From the human T2T-CHM13v2.0 reference genome, Homo sapiens: a DNA stretch of 64,000 nt. The notes beneath the pieces are model-generated. The model was given only the letters and a program-made list of their open reading frames with translations, did not search any database and had not been told where the DNA came from. Below, piece after piece: positions 1-58,705 of the stretch (position 1 is its first letter; the number at the start of each line of letters is the position of its first letter). The DNA lies in the NCBI RefSeq assembly GCF_009914755.1, contig NC_060947.1, one strand, 5' to 3'. The position numbers and the translations under genes were made by a program.

Positions 1-620
<620 letters not shown>

Positions 621-1352
621 AAAAAAAAGGTTGGGTGCAGTGGTTCATGCCTATAATCCCAACACTTTGTGAGGCCAAGGCGGGAGGATCGCTTGAGCCC
701 AGGAGTGTTAGATCAGGCTGGACAACAAACTGAGACTCCCGTGTCTACACATTTTTTTTAAAAAAATTAGCTGGACGTGGTGGCACTCGCCTGTGGTCCC
801 AGCTACTTGGGAGATTGAGGTGGGAGCATCACTTGAGCCTGGGAGGTCAAGGCTACAGTGAGCTGTGATCTTGCCACTTGCCCTTCAGCCTGGGCAACAG
901 AGCAAGACCCTGTCTCAAAATGAAATAAAATAAAAGAATAAACCATTGATTGGCTGGGTGAGGTGGCTCACGCCTGTAATCCTAGCACTTTAGGAGGCTG
1001 AGGTGGGTGAACTGCTTGAGTACAGAAGTTTGAGACAAGCCTGGGCAACATGGTGAAACCCTGTCTCTATTCAAAAATAAAAATAAAAAATATATACTAT
1101 TGATACAGACCTGAATAAATCTCCAGTGAAAAAACCCAATCCCGAGAAGTTGCATCCTGTATGATTCTATTTATATAACATTTTTGATGAAAAATTACAG
1201 AAATGGGGAACAGATGAGTGATTGCCAGGAGTGAAAGAGGAGGCAGGGGTGGGAGAGAAGTGGTTGTGCTACAAAAGGGCAACATGACTGATGCTCCTGG
1301 TGATGGAGTTTTCTGTACTTTGACTGTATCAATATCAATATCCTGGTTGTAA

Positions 1353-1627
<275 letters not shown>

Positions 1628-2131
1628 TGATTTGCCCGCCTCAGCCTCCCAAAGTGCTGGGATTACAGGCATAAGCCACCGCACCCAATCACTTACAGTT
1701 GTATGTGAATCTACAAATATCTCAAAATTAAAAGTTTAACCAAAAAATAAATAACACAATGGATGTAAAAGCACTCTAAATTCTATAATTGTGAGTAAAT
1801 TATTATTATGTATCTTATGATAACCATAGCATGGAACTATTATGACTTTATTAATTTATTGAAAGCACTTATTAAGTCCTTACTATGTTCAAGGACTAGG
1901 TTAGATGTTGCATGGCATACAAAGTTATAAACTTATGGTAAAATCATAACTGTTGTCATGTGCAAGTTTTGGCTAAGCCTGGGTCCTTTTTGTGAAATGT
2001 AAGTTGGGTGAAATATAAACATACTTGTGATGGGGGACATACATTTTTATTTACTGATAATCACTGATAGCTATAATCAAGATCAAATGCTGTTAACTAA
2101 TTATCTTTCACAATTCCTATACTCAACTTTA

Positions 2132-2990
<859 letters not shown>

Positions 2991-3064
2991 ATACTTTTTT
3001 TTTTTTTTTTTTTTTTGAGAGATCATCTTACTCTGTCTCCCGGGGTGAGTCTGCAGGGGCATGA

Positions 3065-3523
<459 letters not shown>

Positions 3524-3588
3524 TGAACTCTTAGACTCAAGCAATCCTCTGGCCTCAGCCTCCCAAAGTGCTGGGATTACAGGCATGA

Positions 3589-3847
<259 letters not shown>

Positions 3848-4478
3848 TAAAATCCTGACCTCAGGTGATCCACCCTTCTCGGCCTCCCAAAGTGCTGGGA
3901 TTACAGGCATGAGCCACTGTGCCCGGCCAGCCCACATTATTTTCTTTGCCTTGAACACTCTTCCCTAGTTCTTCACAAAACTGGCTCCTTCTTATCCTTT
4001 AGATCTCAGCTAAAATATTGCATTGGCTGTTCCATAACTCTACATAAGAGGGAAAAGGGGCAGCAATCTGATTAAAACTGTGAAGAGGGAATTCTTAGGG
4101 GATCTGTCTCAAAGCTGCATTTGCATAGCAAACACACTGTCTTTACTTAGATTAAGTATAGACCAATAAAAATGTCAATGTTTTCTAAAATGCTTTTATT
4201 CATACTTTATATAAGATTAAGAAAACATCATCTGTCCATAAAAATATAATTTGGAGTACCCTGAGGGAAGTGGCAAGTGTTTCAAAGAGGATGGAGAGGC
4301 TGACAGGGACTAGAGAGTTTTTCTTATTTTGGCGATAAGGGTCTATTTGCATCTTTTAAGTAGGGGCATGCTGTGGCCTAACTTAAGTGATTAGATGAAG
4401 TGAGACTAAAGACTAAAAGGTCAGTAAAATCATTATTATTATTATGACATTTGTTAAGCATTTAATATGTGACAAATA

Positions 4479-5110
4479 CGTTGTCCCTCAGTATCTGGGA
4501 AGGATTGGTTCCAGGACCCTCATGGATACCAAAATACAAAGATGCTCAAGTCTGACATAAAATGGTATAGTATTTGCATATAACCTATGCACATACTCTT
4601 ATATACATGTTTTGTTTTTTTTTATTTTATTTTACTTTACCTTACCTTACCTTACCTTACCTCACCTCACCTCACCTTACCTTACCTTACCTTACTTTAC
4701 TTTACTTTACTTTATTTTTTGAGACAGAGTCTCGCTCTGTCGCCCAGGCTGGAGTGCAGTGGCGCGATCTCAGCACACTGCAAACTCCACCTCCTGGGTT
4801 TTAAGCAACTCTCTCAGCCTCAGCCTCCCGAGTAGCTGGTATTCTAGGCACCCACCACCACACCTGGCTAATTTTTGTATTTTTAGTAGAGACGGGGTTT
4901 CGTCATGTTGGCCAGGTCTTGAACTCCTGACCTCAGGTGATCCACCTGCCTCGGCCTCCCAAAGTGCTTGGATTACAGGCGTGAGCCACCAAGCCCGACC
5001 TTTATATACTTTAAATCATCTCTAGATTACTTATAATACCCAATACAATGTGAATGCTATGTAAATAATTATACTGTATATTGTTTTATTGTATTCTTAG
5101 TATTGTTTTG
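4479..5110 (+). mobile_element. MER2 (Tigger-family DNA transposon MITE) split by an Alu
   Basis: GTTGTCCCTCAGTATC...GATTGGTTCCAGGACCC...GTATTTGCATATAACCTA, resuming after the Alu as ATACTTTAAATCATCTCTAGATTACTTATAATACC. Confidence 0.85.
4620..4715. repeat. (CTTTA/CCTTA/CCTCA)n pentanucleotide microsatellite in an Alu tail
   Basis: Tandem ttacc/tttac/tcacc units. Confidence 0.9.
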
Positions 5111-5285
5111 GGTTTTTCTTTGTTGCTCTTTCCCAAATATTTTCTTTTATTTGTTTTTAAAAATAGAGATGGAGTCTCACTCTGTTGCTCAGGCTAGTCT
5201 TGAACTCCTGGGCTCAAGTGATCCTCCCGCTTTGGCCTCCCAGAGTGCTGGGATTACAGGGTAAACCACCATGCCAGGCCTATTA

Positions 5286-5669
<384 letters not shown>

Positions 5670-5672
5670 TTA

Positions 5673-6011
<339 letters not shown>

Positions 6012-6169
6012 TCAATCCCAGAGTCCAGCTTTAAAACTCAGGTTCTTCATCATGAAATGTATTTATTCGTTCATTCTTCATATTTCATGAGTATGAAAAT
6101 GCTATAATGCTCCCCCTTTCTATAAGATTACTGCAATACCACAGGCTTCAAATTGCAAAGGTCTGAACT

Positions 6170-7012
<843 letters not shown>

Positions 7013-7131
7013 TCACGCCTGTAATCCCAGCACTTTGGGAGGCCGAGGAGGGCGGATCACGAGGTCAGGAGATCGAGACCATCCTGGCTAACACGGTGAA
7101 ACCCCATCTCTACTAAAAATACAAAAAATTA

Positions 7132-7446
<315 letters not shown>

Positions 7447-7830
7447 TCAAAAAAAAGAAAAGAAAAGAAAAGAAAAGAAAAGAAAAGAAATCAACAGTTA
7501 CTAAATGCCACACAAAGTTCTGGGAAGCCAAAGACTGAGAGGTATCCGTTTTATTTAGCAACTTTGGGTGTCGCTGATCTTGTCCAGAGCAATTTCTGTG
7601 GAATAATGGGGCAAAAGCAAAATGGGAATGGATTACAAGAATGAAAAGAACGGGCCGGGCGCCGTGGCTCACGCCTGTAATCCTAGCACTTTGGGAGGCC
7701 GAGACGGGTGGATCATGAGGTCACGAGATCGAGACCATCCTGGCTAACACGGTGAAACCCCGTCTCTACTTAAAAAAAAAAAAAAAATTAGCCGGGTGTG
7801 GTGGCAGGCGCCTGTAGTCCCAGCTACTCA

Positions 7831-7977
<147 letters not shown>

Positions 7978-7993
7978 CTACAATCATTAATTA

Positions 7994-8341
<348 letters not shown>

Positions 8342-9000
8342 TTAAAAAAATTTTTTTAAGTTGATGGGAGGTGAGGAAGCGTAGTTACTGATGGCCCCTT
8401 CTTGGATAAAAAAAATCTTTTGACTCAGGAAATGAAGAACAAAGCTGCAATTACAAGGGATCAAAGGCGATTTTTCCTTAAATGGAAGGAAACTTGTTAT
8501 GTTCACCATCGGATCTCCGGGGCCCGGCACAATCTGGCCACTTAATAGGCATTCAATAAACCCCCGAGCTGGCTTGTGGTCGGCTTGCAGGACGCCGTCG
8601 CACAAGGACGGGCGCTGTAGTCTTTCCTTCTGGATTCTGCAGTGACGAATGAAGGCGCGGGCTCAGCCCCTGAGAGCGCAGCACCGTCGCCCTAAGCTAA
8701 CCCACCTTGGGCCACGTGGAAACCAGGGGCCAGGAGGACAGACACCCGCGCGCCAGAGAAATACGGGGTGGGTGGAGAAAGGAATGCCCCACCCGCTGAC
8801 AGCCGTTTCATCTCAGGCCTCCCAGTTTTCTGCAGGCCCCTCCCTACACGGCTCCTGCTTCTCTCACGCCTCGTACGGAACGGAAGTGACGTGTACGTCG
8901 CGAGCGATTGACGGAAACAGAAATTGCTTTGCGGCCCGCACGGAAATTGCTTTCCTTCGGCTTCCGTTCTTGGTCCATGTGAGAGAAGCTGGCTGCTGAA

Positions 9001-32399
<23,399 letters not shown>

Positions 32400-32521
32400 G
32401 TTGCTGGAGGAGTGACAGCCAGGAGCCCTGACTTCACTTCCTTTGGTCCAGTTTTACTCTGATACAGGGTGGATTCCAAAACTGGCTCAGTACATTGCAT
32501 GTAGTTAAGCCACATTTTAAA

Positions 32522-32527
32522 AATAAA
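32522..32527 (+). terminator. UTP14A polyadenylation signal (short 3' UTR of ~150 nt)
   Basis: AATAAA about 120 nt after the stop codon, followed by T-rich sequence. Confidence 0.8.
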
Positions 32528-34199
32528 GGCATTTTTTAATCTATTTACCTGGAGTATATGTTGCATTGTCCCCCAGTGGGATCATTTCGTTCAAGTCAGA
32601 CACCTTTGGACTCTACAGCATTGCATTTCTCGAGTTGCACTTGTCAGGGCCACCTCCTTTTCTTACCAAGGATTATGTAGTTGGTCCTAAATCGAAATGG
32701 AGAAAGTTAACTGTAGTCTGTAACCTTAAATATATCACATCAGATATGATCCACCATTAATAACTGCCAACTTGAAGAGACAGGGTTAATAATGATAAAA
32801 TATTGTATATTTTAACCTCTGAACCTAGAAAGAGGATGTACAAACTGCAATTGGATTCTGCCCTAGACTGATCCTAAGACCAGGACGGTGCCGAAGCTGG
32901 GTTCTGTCCCCACAAGTCTAGCCACAGCCATTTTTTTCACATGTGTGAGCTTCCCAGCTTGTACAGGCTGCTGTCTACAATATCTCATATATAACCTTCT
33001 ACTTATTTTCTCATAAGAAGACCAGGAGGTTTGACCCTTATTTTGTAGATAAAGGTAGATGTGATTTCAGAAGTAAACCTCTATTGCCTTTCCTTCCTAA
33101 CTCAGGGCCCACTCCTCACCATTGATTGAAAGTGTAGTTTATTCAAGCATTGCTTTGCTATATGACAGTTCACATGGGCTTCTCAGCTCTGAGGAACTTG
33201 GCCTGGCTTTGGATGGCAAGAAATATACGGAAAGAGCCCCTGCAGCTGAGTTTCCTAACAAGGAATTTGGGAAACCCCTCTGATTCCAAAATGACACCAC
33301 TACTGCACCTTGCCTCCTACCTTGGAGATTCAGTCCTATCCCCAGTATTCTTAGACCACAGTGGGTTCATTTTTGTGTCACAGGCCCCTCTAAAAATATG
33401 TTGAACGTTATGAACCGTCTCCAGAAAAATGTGCACACACACACATTTGTATGGCATTTTACATACAGTTTCAGGGGTTTTCAAGACATTTGGAATCCCT
33501 GGGCCAAAAGCTGTACCACTCCAAGTTTTCTTTTGCAATCCCCCCAACAGATACGGCCTTCTGAGCACACCACTCTCCAAATCAGTTCCAAAACGTTTAG
33601 ACCTCAATGGTAGCTAGTCCCAGTTATCTTTATAAGAGAAAATTTTCAGAATAGAGCGTGCATCTAGTGTTACACATTAAACTGAAGTGAAAAGCCAAAG
33701 GATAAATTTATATGAATTCCCCAGTGGGGTCCCCTGTGGCCCCCTACTATTGCTCATCCTCTTAAGAAACAACCTGGGACTGGGAAGGTAAGGGAAATGA
33801 GTATGTTGAGCAGTGTTCAGTGCCCAAAAGGCATGCTTAAGTATCCATTGGCTTGAGATTATCCACGATCCACTCGCTGGTTGACACTTAAGTCAGTAGC
33901 CAGTGGTAGGGGATGCGGGAGCCCTGCCCACTCCTGCCTCCGTTTAAGAGACCACAACATTCTCTTGCACTCTTTTGAGCACAAAGCTGCTACCTCCGTC
34001 CCACCCACCCCCCAAATTGAGGCGCCCAATCAAGTGTCCCCGGTAAATGGCCAATCCCCGTCTACTTTCCCCGGACCCTCTTCAGCTCCGTTTGCTCCCC
34101 ACTACCCAGGAGTGATGCAAGCCACCCCATCCTTCAAAGGAGAAGGCAGGTGCCAGAGCGTGCTATAAACGACGCCCATTCCCAGCCTTCCAAGCCCCC

Positions 34200-36060
34200 A
34201 AACAGATTCGATTGTTGTTTCGTGGGGCTTTTTTTTCTTTTCTTCCTCCGAACCTCCGAAGTGTTCTCCCTTCCCATTGGCCGAAGCTGCCCCTTGACGC
34301 CACCCTGGCCTTGCTCGCTGATTGGTCCACTCTGGATGTGCCCAAGCCTTTTTCCCAGGGTGTGGCGCCCCCCCGCCCCCAACAGGGTTCTGACCCCTGG
34401 CTCCTCCCTTCCCCCCAAGCCCCCCTCTCTGTTCCGAATGGTTCCGCCCTGGCTCGGCTCCCCCACGGCCCAGGCCGCTGCCCTTAGGGCCCCCGGACGG
34501 GGCGGGGCACGCTGGGGACGGGCAGAGGGCGGTGGTGGCGCCTTCCTGCCGAGTCCGAGGCCGCCCCCGCCACCCTTCTCTAATCCTTGTAGGTCCCACT
34601 TTCCCCTGGGCAGTTCTCCTCCTGCATCGGTAGCCCCGTCCCGTCTGTGCAGCCCCCACCGTGGTCTTTGGGTCATCTCGAAGAGCTGCGTTAAATCCCT
34701 GCCCTCAGCGCTGCACACACGCCCATCCGCCTCCACCCTCGGGTCCCCGCACCACCCCCTTTTCCCGTGTCGGCTCCCCCTTCCCCTCCCGAGACCGCGG
34801 AAGCTCCGACCCCCTTCCCTCGCTGACTGTCCATCCCCAGGACCCCCGTCCCTGTGTGTGGCCAGTCCCAGCGGCCTCTCCTTCGCGGCCTCCCTTCGCC
34901 TTCGTGGCCAGCGTGGTGGAGCACTCCCGCCCCCCTTTTCTCCGTACCCCCGCGCTCCCTTATGTTGTCCCTTCTTGTCCCTCTCTAAGTCCCTCCCACA
35001 CTATGCCCCCCCGCGGTACACACACACCCCTCCCCGCGAGGCGTCCCCCGGCGCCCCTCCCCTACCCCCGCTCGTCTATGCCCCTCCCACCCACCCCGTC
35101 CTTTTGTCTCCTCTTTGGTCTCTAAGTCCCCCGCCCCTCCCTCGCTCCCGCCCTCACTCCCCCGAGCACGCTCTTATCTTCCCCAGGTCCCAGCGCCCCG
35201 CCCCGCGGCCGCGCCCCGCGGCCCCCTCCCTTCCGCGGCCCCGTCTCCGCCCTCCGCGCTCCGCCCTCCCCCCCGCGGCTCCTGCCCGCCAGCCCGGCCG
35301 GCCTCCGGTTCCCGGGTCGCTCCTCCTGCGGCAGCCGCCGCTCCCCGACCCACCCTTCCCGGGCCGGCGGCTCGCGTTCCCGCGCGGTCTCCCCACACAC
35401 GCACTCCCGCCGCCCCGCTCCGCTCGCTCGCTCGCCGAGGCCCTGCAGCGGCCCGGCCCAGCGCAGCGCGCAGCCCGCAGCCCGTCCTCGGGGAGCCTCG
35501 GCGCCCCGTGGCCGCAGGCACCTCGCGGACAGGCGGGCTGGCGGCCCGGGAGCGCGAACCCGAGCCGGGCTGGGTGTCCCTCGCCCAGCCTGGCCCTCGG
35601 AAGCCTCGCGGGGCGCAGGGGCCCGTCGGAAATGTTTGGGGGACGGGCCGGCCGCGGTTCCTCCCGCAGCCCAGGCCGGGCCGGCGCGTCCCGGGGAGTC
35701 GCCGCGACCTTATCTCCGAGGATGACTTGATCCGGAGCCTCCTCCCGGCTCCCGCCCCAAACCTGTGCCACCAACGCGCGAAGCGCAGCTGAGACTCGCG
35801 GCTGGCGGGAGGAGGGCGGGGGACTGTCCTGAAAATGCCCAAGCCGTGAGGGATCCTAAGCCGACCGTCAGACCCGGAGAGGCGAGGTCTAGTGACACGT
35901 CCCTGCCACCCAGGGAAAGAGGGCGAGCCCACGCCAAGCGCCACGGATCCCTGCCTCTCCGCCCAGGGTTCTCCCCACTACGCATTGCAGAGCCCTTGGA
36001 TAGACCTCGCCGGACCCAGAGTGAGGGACGTGGCTCAAGTCGACAGAACACCCAGCCACC
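34200..36060. promoter_or_regulatory. Orphan CpG island 1
   Basis: Very high GC and CpG content with GC boxes; CCAAT/ATTGG boxes at 34026, 34051, 34276 and 34321. Confidence 0.85.
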
Positions 36061-36086
36061 CACCCACATGCCAATAGACACTTTTA

Positions 36087-54675
<18,589 letters not shown>

Positions 54676-55339
54676 CAGTTTGTTTTAAAACAACAGATTT
54701 ACCTTTATAATTAAGAACCAGTTCAGGTTCCTGTTAGAAGCGGCCAGCCTTTGTTCCAGTCTTTCTCCCCTGAATAATCCTTCCACCTGCCCCTACGGCC
54801 CTTGGGTTCCAGAGCTCTCAGCCTTCAAGGCCTGCCCAAATCCTACTTTCTCCAAGAAGTCTTCTAGTTCCTGTCATTTCTCCTTTCTCCATACTCCCTC
54901 TGGCATTTTGCTAGCACAGGGCACAGACCCTTCCACTGTCAGCCTTTTCTGTCTGTCCGTGACCTCCTCTCCCTCTAGAGTAAAAGCTTCCAGAAGGCAG
55001 CTCAGCCGTTTGGCCCATCTCAGCAGCTTCTTGGACCTAGTACAGTGGACTCCTCCGCCAGCCTCATTTGTTGTTGCCCAGTGAAACGGACAGAGTGGAA
55101 TGGGGCCTACCCAGGGCCCCAACTCCCAGAAGGCTTGGAGTGGGGGACTGTAGGGTCCTGGAGATTCCAGATTCCAGAGGCCCTGGGGAAGCCCCCTGTG
55201 GATAACAGGGAATTGCTTGTATTTTGCAAGCTAAAAAGGGGTATTAACCAGGCCCAATTACAGCCCCACTGGTCGTTTCAGGAGTGGGGAAGCGTCAAAA
55301 CTAGCTGCCTGGGCAGAGTGAGATAGCGAGAATAAAGGG

Positions 55340-55581
55340 CTCCTTCTGCCGGAGGACGGGCTCTCTGGCCCCCATTCGGTCACTGGGTCCCCCAAGTGTG
55401 AGGCCAGAGAGTTGAGACTGGGGAAAATAAGGAAAGGGAAGAGGAGAGCCGGGCCGCCCTCCCCTCCTCCCTCCCGCTCTCCTTTCTCTCGCGGTCCACG
55501 CTGGCCTCCCTCTTGGGCTCTTTGTCTGTCGGTCTGTCCGTCGGCTTTCTCTCGCGCTGCCTCTCTGCGCGCTCGCTCACT

Positions 55582-55645
<64 letters not shown>

Positions 55646-56300
55646 CTTCGGCTCACGTGACCGCTTGCTCTCAACGGCTCCGATCACCTCTTCCTGAGGC
55701 AGCACCTTTCGGTTGGTAACAGGAGACACTCGCTTGTTGGGGGCAGGATGGGTTTCCTTCCTCCGCTTTTTCCTCCTGGCCTTCTCGGGCAGTTCCAGCC
55801 GCTTCTCTCTGGCGCAGCCTCTGGCCCTCCACCCCTCCAGCCTCTCCCAGCCCCCATAGTGCTCGTTTACTCTCCCCTTCCCCTCCGCACCACCCCCCCA
55901 CGCCCACCGGGGCCTCCCTCCTCCCCGGCAGCCAGCCCACTTTGGGGAGGGGGCTTCGGCGCAGGGGACAGACAAAAGGGCCTGGACGGACCCGGGGGCA
56001 CCCCTCTGCAGCTCCCCACAACCACGTGGCCCCTCCCTCCTCGGGCAGCCGGCAGCTTCCCCCTCCCCTGCCCAGCCGGAGGTCTGGGGAGTTCGGGCCC
56101 CGAAGCATCCTTCCGGGCCTCGCTGGCGCCAATCGCTCCGCCGCGGGTGCTGAGCCTCCGGGTGCTTCGAATACCAAGGAATGCACCGGGCATGGGTGGG
56201 GGACATGCTCCGGGGGCGGAGGCAGCTTTTTCGGTTCCCAGGCTGGAGAACGGCCAGCCAAAGGGAGGAGACTCGGCCCCCGCCGTCGGAAGGTTCCCGG
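55340..56300. promoter_or_regulatory. Orphan CpG island 2 with (CT)28 and E-box
   Basis: CpG-dense; TCACGTGAC at 55653-55661 next to the CT repeat. Confidence 0.8.
55586..55641. repeat. (CT)28 microsatellite
   Basis: 56-bp perfect CT repeat. Confidence 0.95.
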
Positions 56301-57059
56301 TACAGTGGGGTTGACAAGATCTCCAACCTCAGGGAGCTCCAGGTCTGATAGGAGAGACCCAGTCTCTCTCCCTTTAGCAGTTCAAACTCAACAGTAAGGA
56401 TGAATCCAAAAGTGGGATGAAGGTGCCCTGCAAAAGCAGAGCTGGCCTATGTATTCGTGAACTTCTGGCTGAACCAGATTGTTTTTGGGCCATGTTGTCC
56501 AGCACTTAGCGAGCTGCCCTTCCCATCCTACCAACTCCTGCCACCAAAAGTTGGAATGGAAAGTGAGCTCCTTCCCATTCCATACCGTGGTAAAATTTAA
56601 ACAAGGCCATTGAAGATGAAGGTTATCCAGTAAATCAGCCAAAACATTCACAAAACATTCTCAAAGCAGCCTCTGTAAATGCACTCTTAGCTAGGGTCTA
56701 GAGCCATGGCACTAGCCTGGCCCTAGATACCATGTGTATGCATTTTAGAGTCTTCGGAGGTACTGTTCCCCTGAGTCTCCCCCTCGCCACCCGCTGACCA
56801 CTTAATACCATTTTAGTCAACAAGGCTAAGTCCCCTCAGGGGATATGCCTGTGGCCAGAGCCACACTTGGTGCACTTTAGGCATAGCCCTGGCCAATCCC
56901 AGAACAAAAGACCCAAATGCTGGGAGGGGAGGGGTGACAGAAAGAATTCCATCTCTCCAGTATCTTAGGGAGGGATTTGAGCCGAGAAGGGCCTCAGGCT
57001 TGACAGGGACCAGCAGAATAGCACTTGCCTGCAACCAAACCTAGTAAGAATGGCCACCA

Positions 57060-57285
57060 CAACTACTATTTATTGAACCCTCACAAACTGCCAAGTACAT
57101 AGCACACTAATCCCAATAACAGTCTTATATGGTAGGTACTATTATTATCCCCGTTCAACAGATAAGGCAACTATGGTTCAGAGAAGGTAACTTGAAGAGG
57201 TCACACAGCTGGTTAGTGGCAGAGCTGGGTTTGGAATCCAGGTCTGGCCAATGCCCAAGTCCAGCTCTCTAATCACTATACTACC
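57060..57285. mobile_element. MIR
   Basis: GGTAGGTACTATTATTATCCCCG...CAGAGAAGGTAACTTG...GTCACACAGCTGGTTAGTGGCAGAGCTGGG MIR core. Confidence 0.8.
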
Positions 57286-58311
57286 CAACCTCTTTCCCAC
57301 AAAGAGTGATTCTAAAACTCTCCCAGAAGCAACAGAGACAACTGGGTCAGGGCATGGTCTTGCTGGAAACTGGCTATTTGCCAAAATGTAGAGAGGTCAA
57401 CAGGCGCCCAAAGTCACCCTGCTGGCTTTGTAAATGCCACAGAGACTCCCACATAAAAGTCCAGACTCCTAGATTCCTAACCTAGAATGCAAAGGAGACA
57501 TCCTATCTGCCCATCCCCACAGACATCATCCCACTTCCGGTTTCTGTCTTCTGGGTAGCAGTGAGGTTTTCAGGATGCCAGGCTAAGGGTGAGCTTCTTG
57601 GAGGCAGTGTTGTGGGGATGGGCTTGATAATGGACCCCCGCTGCCCTACCCCCAGTCCTCCCTGGAGGGAGGACAAATAGGCCCATTGATTTGAAACTCT
57701 CCCAGAGGGCATTAGAGTAATGACTCTGGACTGTGTGATGCCTACACCCGCTTTGACCTGCTGACTGACCCCTGCCCTGGGAGGTTCCAAAGGCCACAAA
57801 TCTCAGTTGCTTGTGGGCCATGTGGTTTGTGGCTGTTTGTAGTATTGGAGGGGAGGGGGAAATGAGGGGGGTAAGATACACTGCTTCTCACTGTGCTGGG
57901 CTTCCCAAGAGAACTAGCAAGGGGTGGACAGGGCCCCTTCTAAACACTGCCAAGACACACTGCAACTACTGATACGGGCTCCATCATTTATTTTTGAAAG
58001 CAGGAGGGCTCCTGGCTCATTTGCATAAATGTTTGCACTGCCTGCTATATTTTGATTTGGAAGAAGGGCACCAGGGCACAGAATATACATAACAGATTTG
58101 TAACTGGGCAGCTTGATCCTGTCCCTGGCCAGGCGAGCCAAAGATGGCCCCTCACCCTTTGTGTCTATTTTTGAAAGCCCCTCTTAAGTGCAAAGCCCAG
58201 CACCAAGGATGGGTGGCAATAGAAAGACCTCGCCCTGAATGGGGTGCTTCTAAGCCAGGTGTGTAGGTGGATGGGTAGATAAGGCAGCACTTGACTTGAA
58301 AAAGGGATGAA

Positions 58312-58705
58312 CGGGCATGGTGGCTCACACCTGTAATCCCAGCACTTTGGGAGACCTGAGGCATGAGGATCACTTGAGCCTAGGAGCTTGAGACCAGCCT
58401 GGGCAACAGAGAGAACTTGTCTCTACAAAAAACATGTTTTTGAGAATTAGCTGGACATGGTGGCGCGCACCTATGGTCCCAGCTACTTATGAGGTTGAGG
58501 TGGAGGGATCGCTTGAGCCCAGGAGGTCAAGGCTGCAGTAAGCCATGATCGCTCCAATGCACTGTAGCCTGAGCAACAGAGCAAGAGACCCTGTGGAAAG
58601 AAAGAAAGAAAAAGACAAGAAAGGAAAGACAAGAAAGAAAAAAAGGAAAAGAAAGAAAGAAAGAGAGGAGGAAGGAAGGAAAGAAGGAAGGAAGGAGAAA
58701 AGAAA
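58312..58705 (+). mobile_element. AluJ-like element with a purine-rich (AAAG/GAAG) tail
   Basis: Alu consensus followed by a GA-rich low-complexity tail. Confidence 0.85.

Noticed and set aside
34150-35730. 526-aa Pro/Arg-rich ORF and overlapping long ORFs in island 1
   Set aside because: It starts at GTG, is low complexity, and long open frames occur on both strands, as expected from stop-codon depletion in GC-rich DNA. No recognisable domain.
55258-56397. ORFs of 140-250 aa with ERERER/LSLSLS runs
   Set aside because: Translations of the (CT)28 repeat and the GC-rich island.
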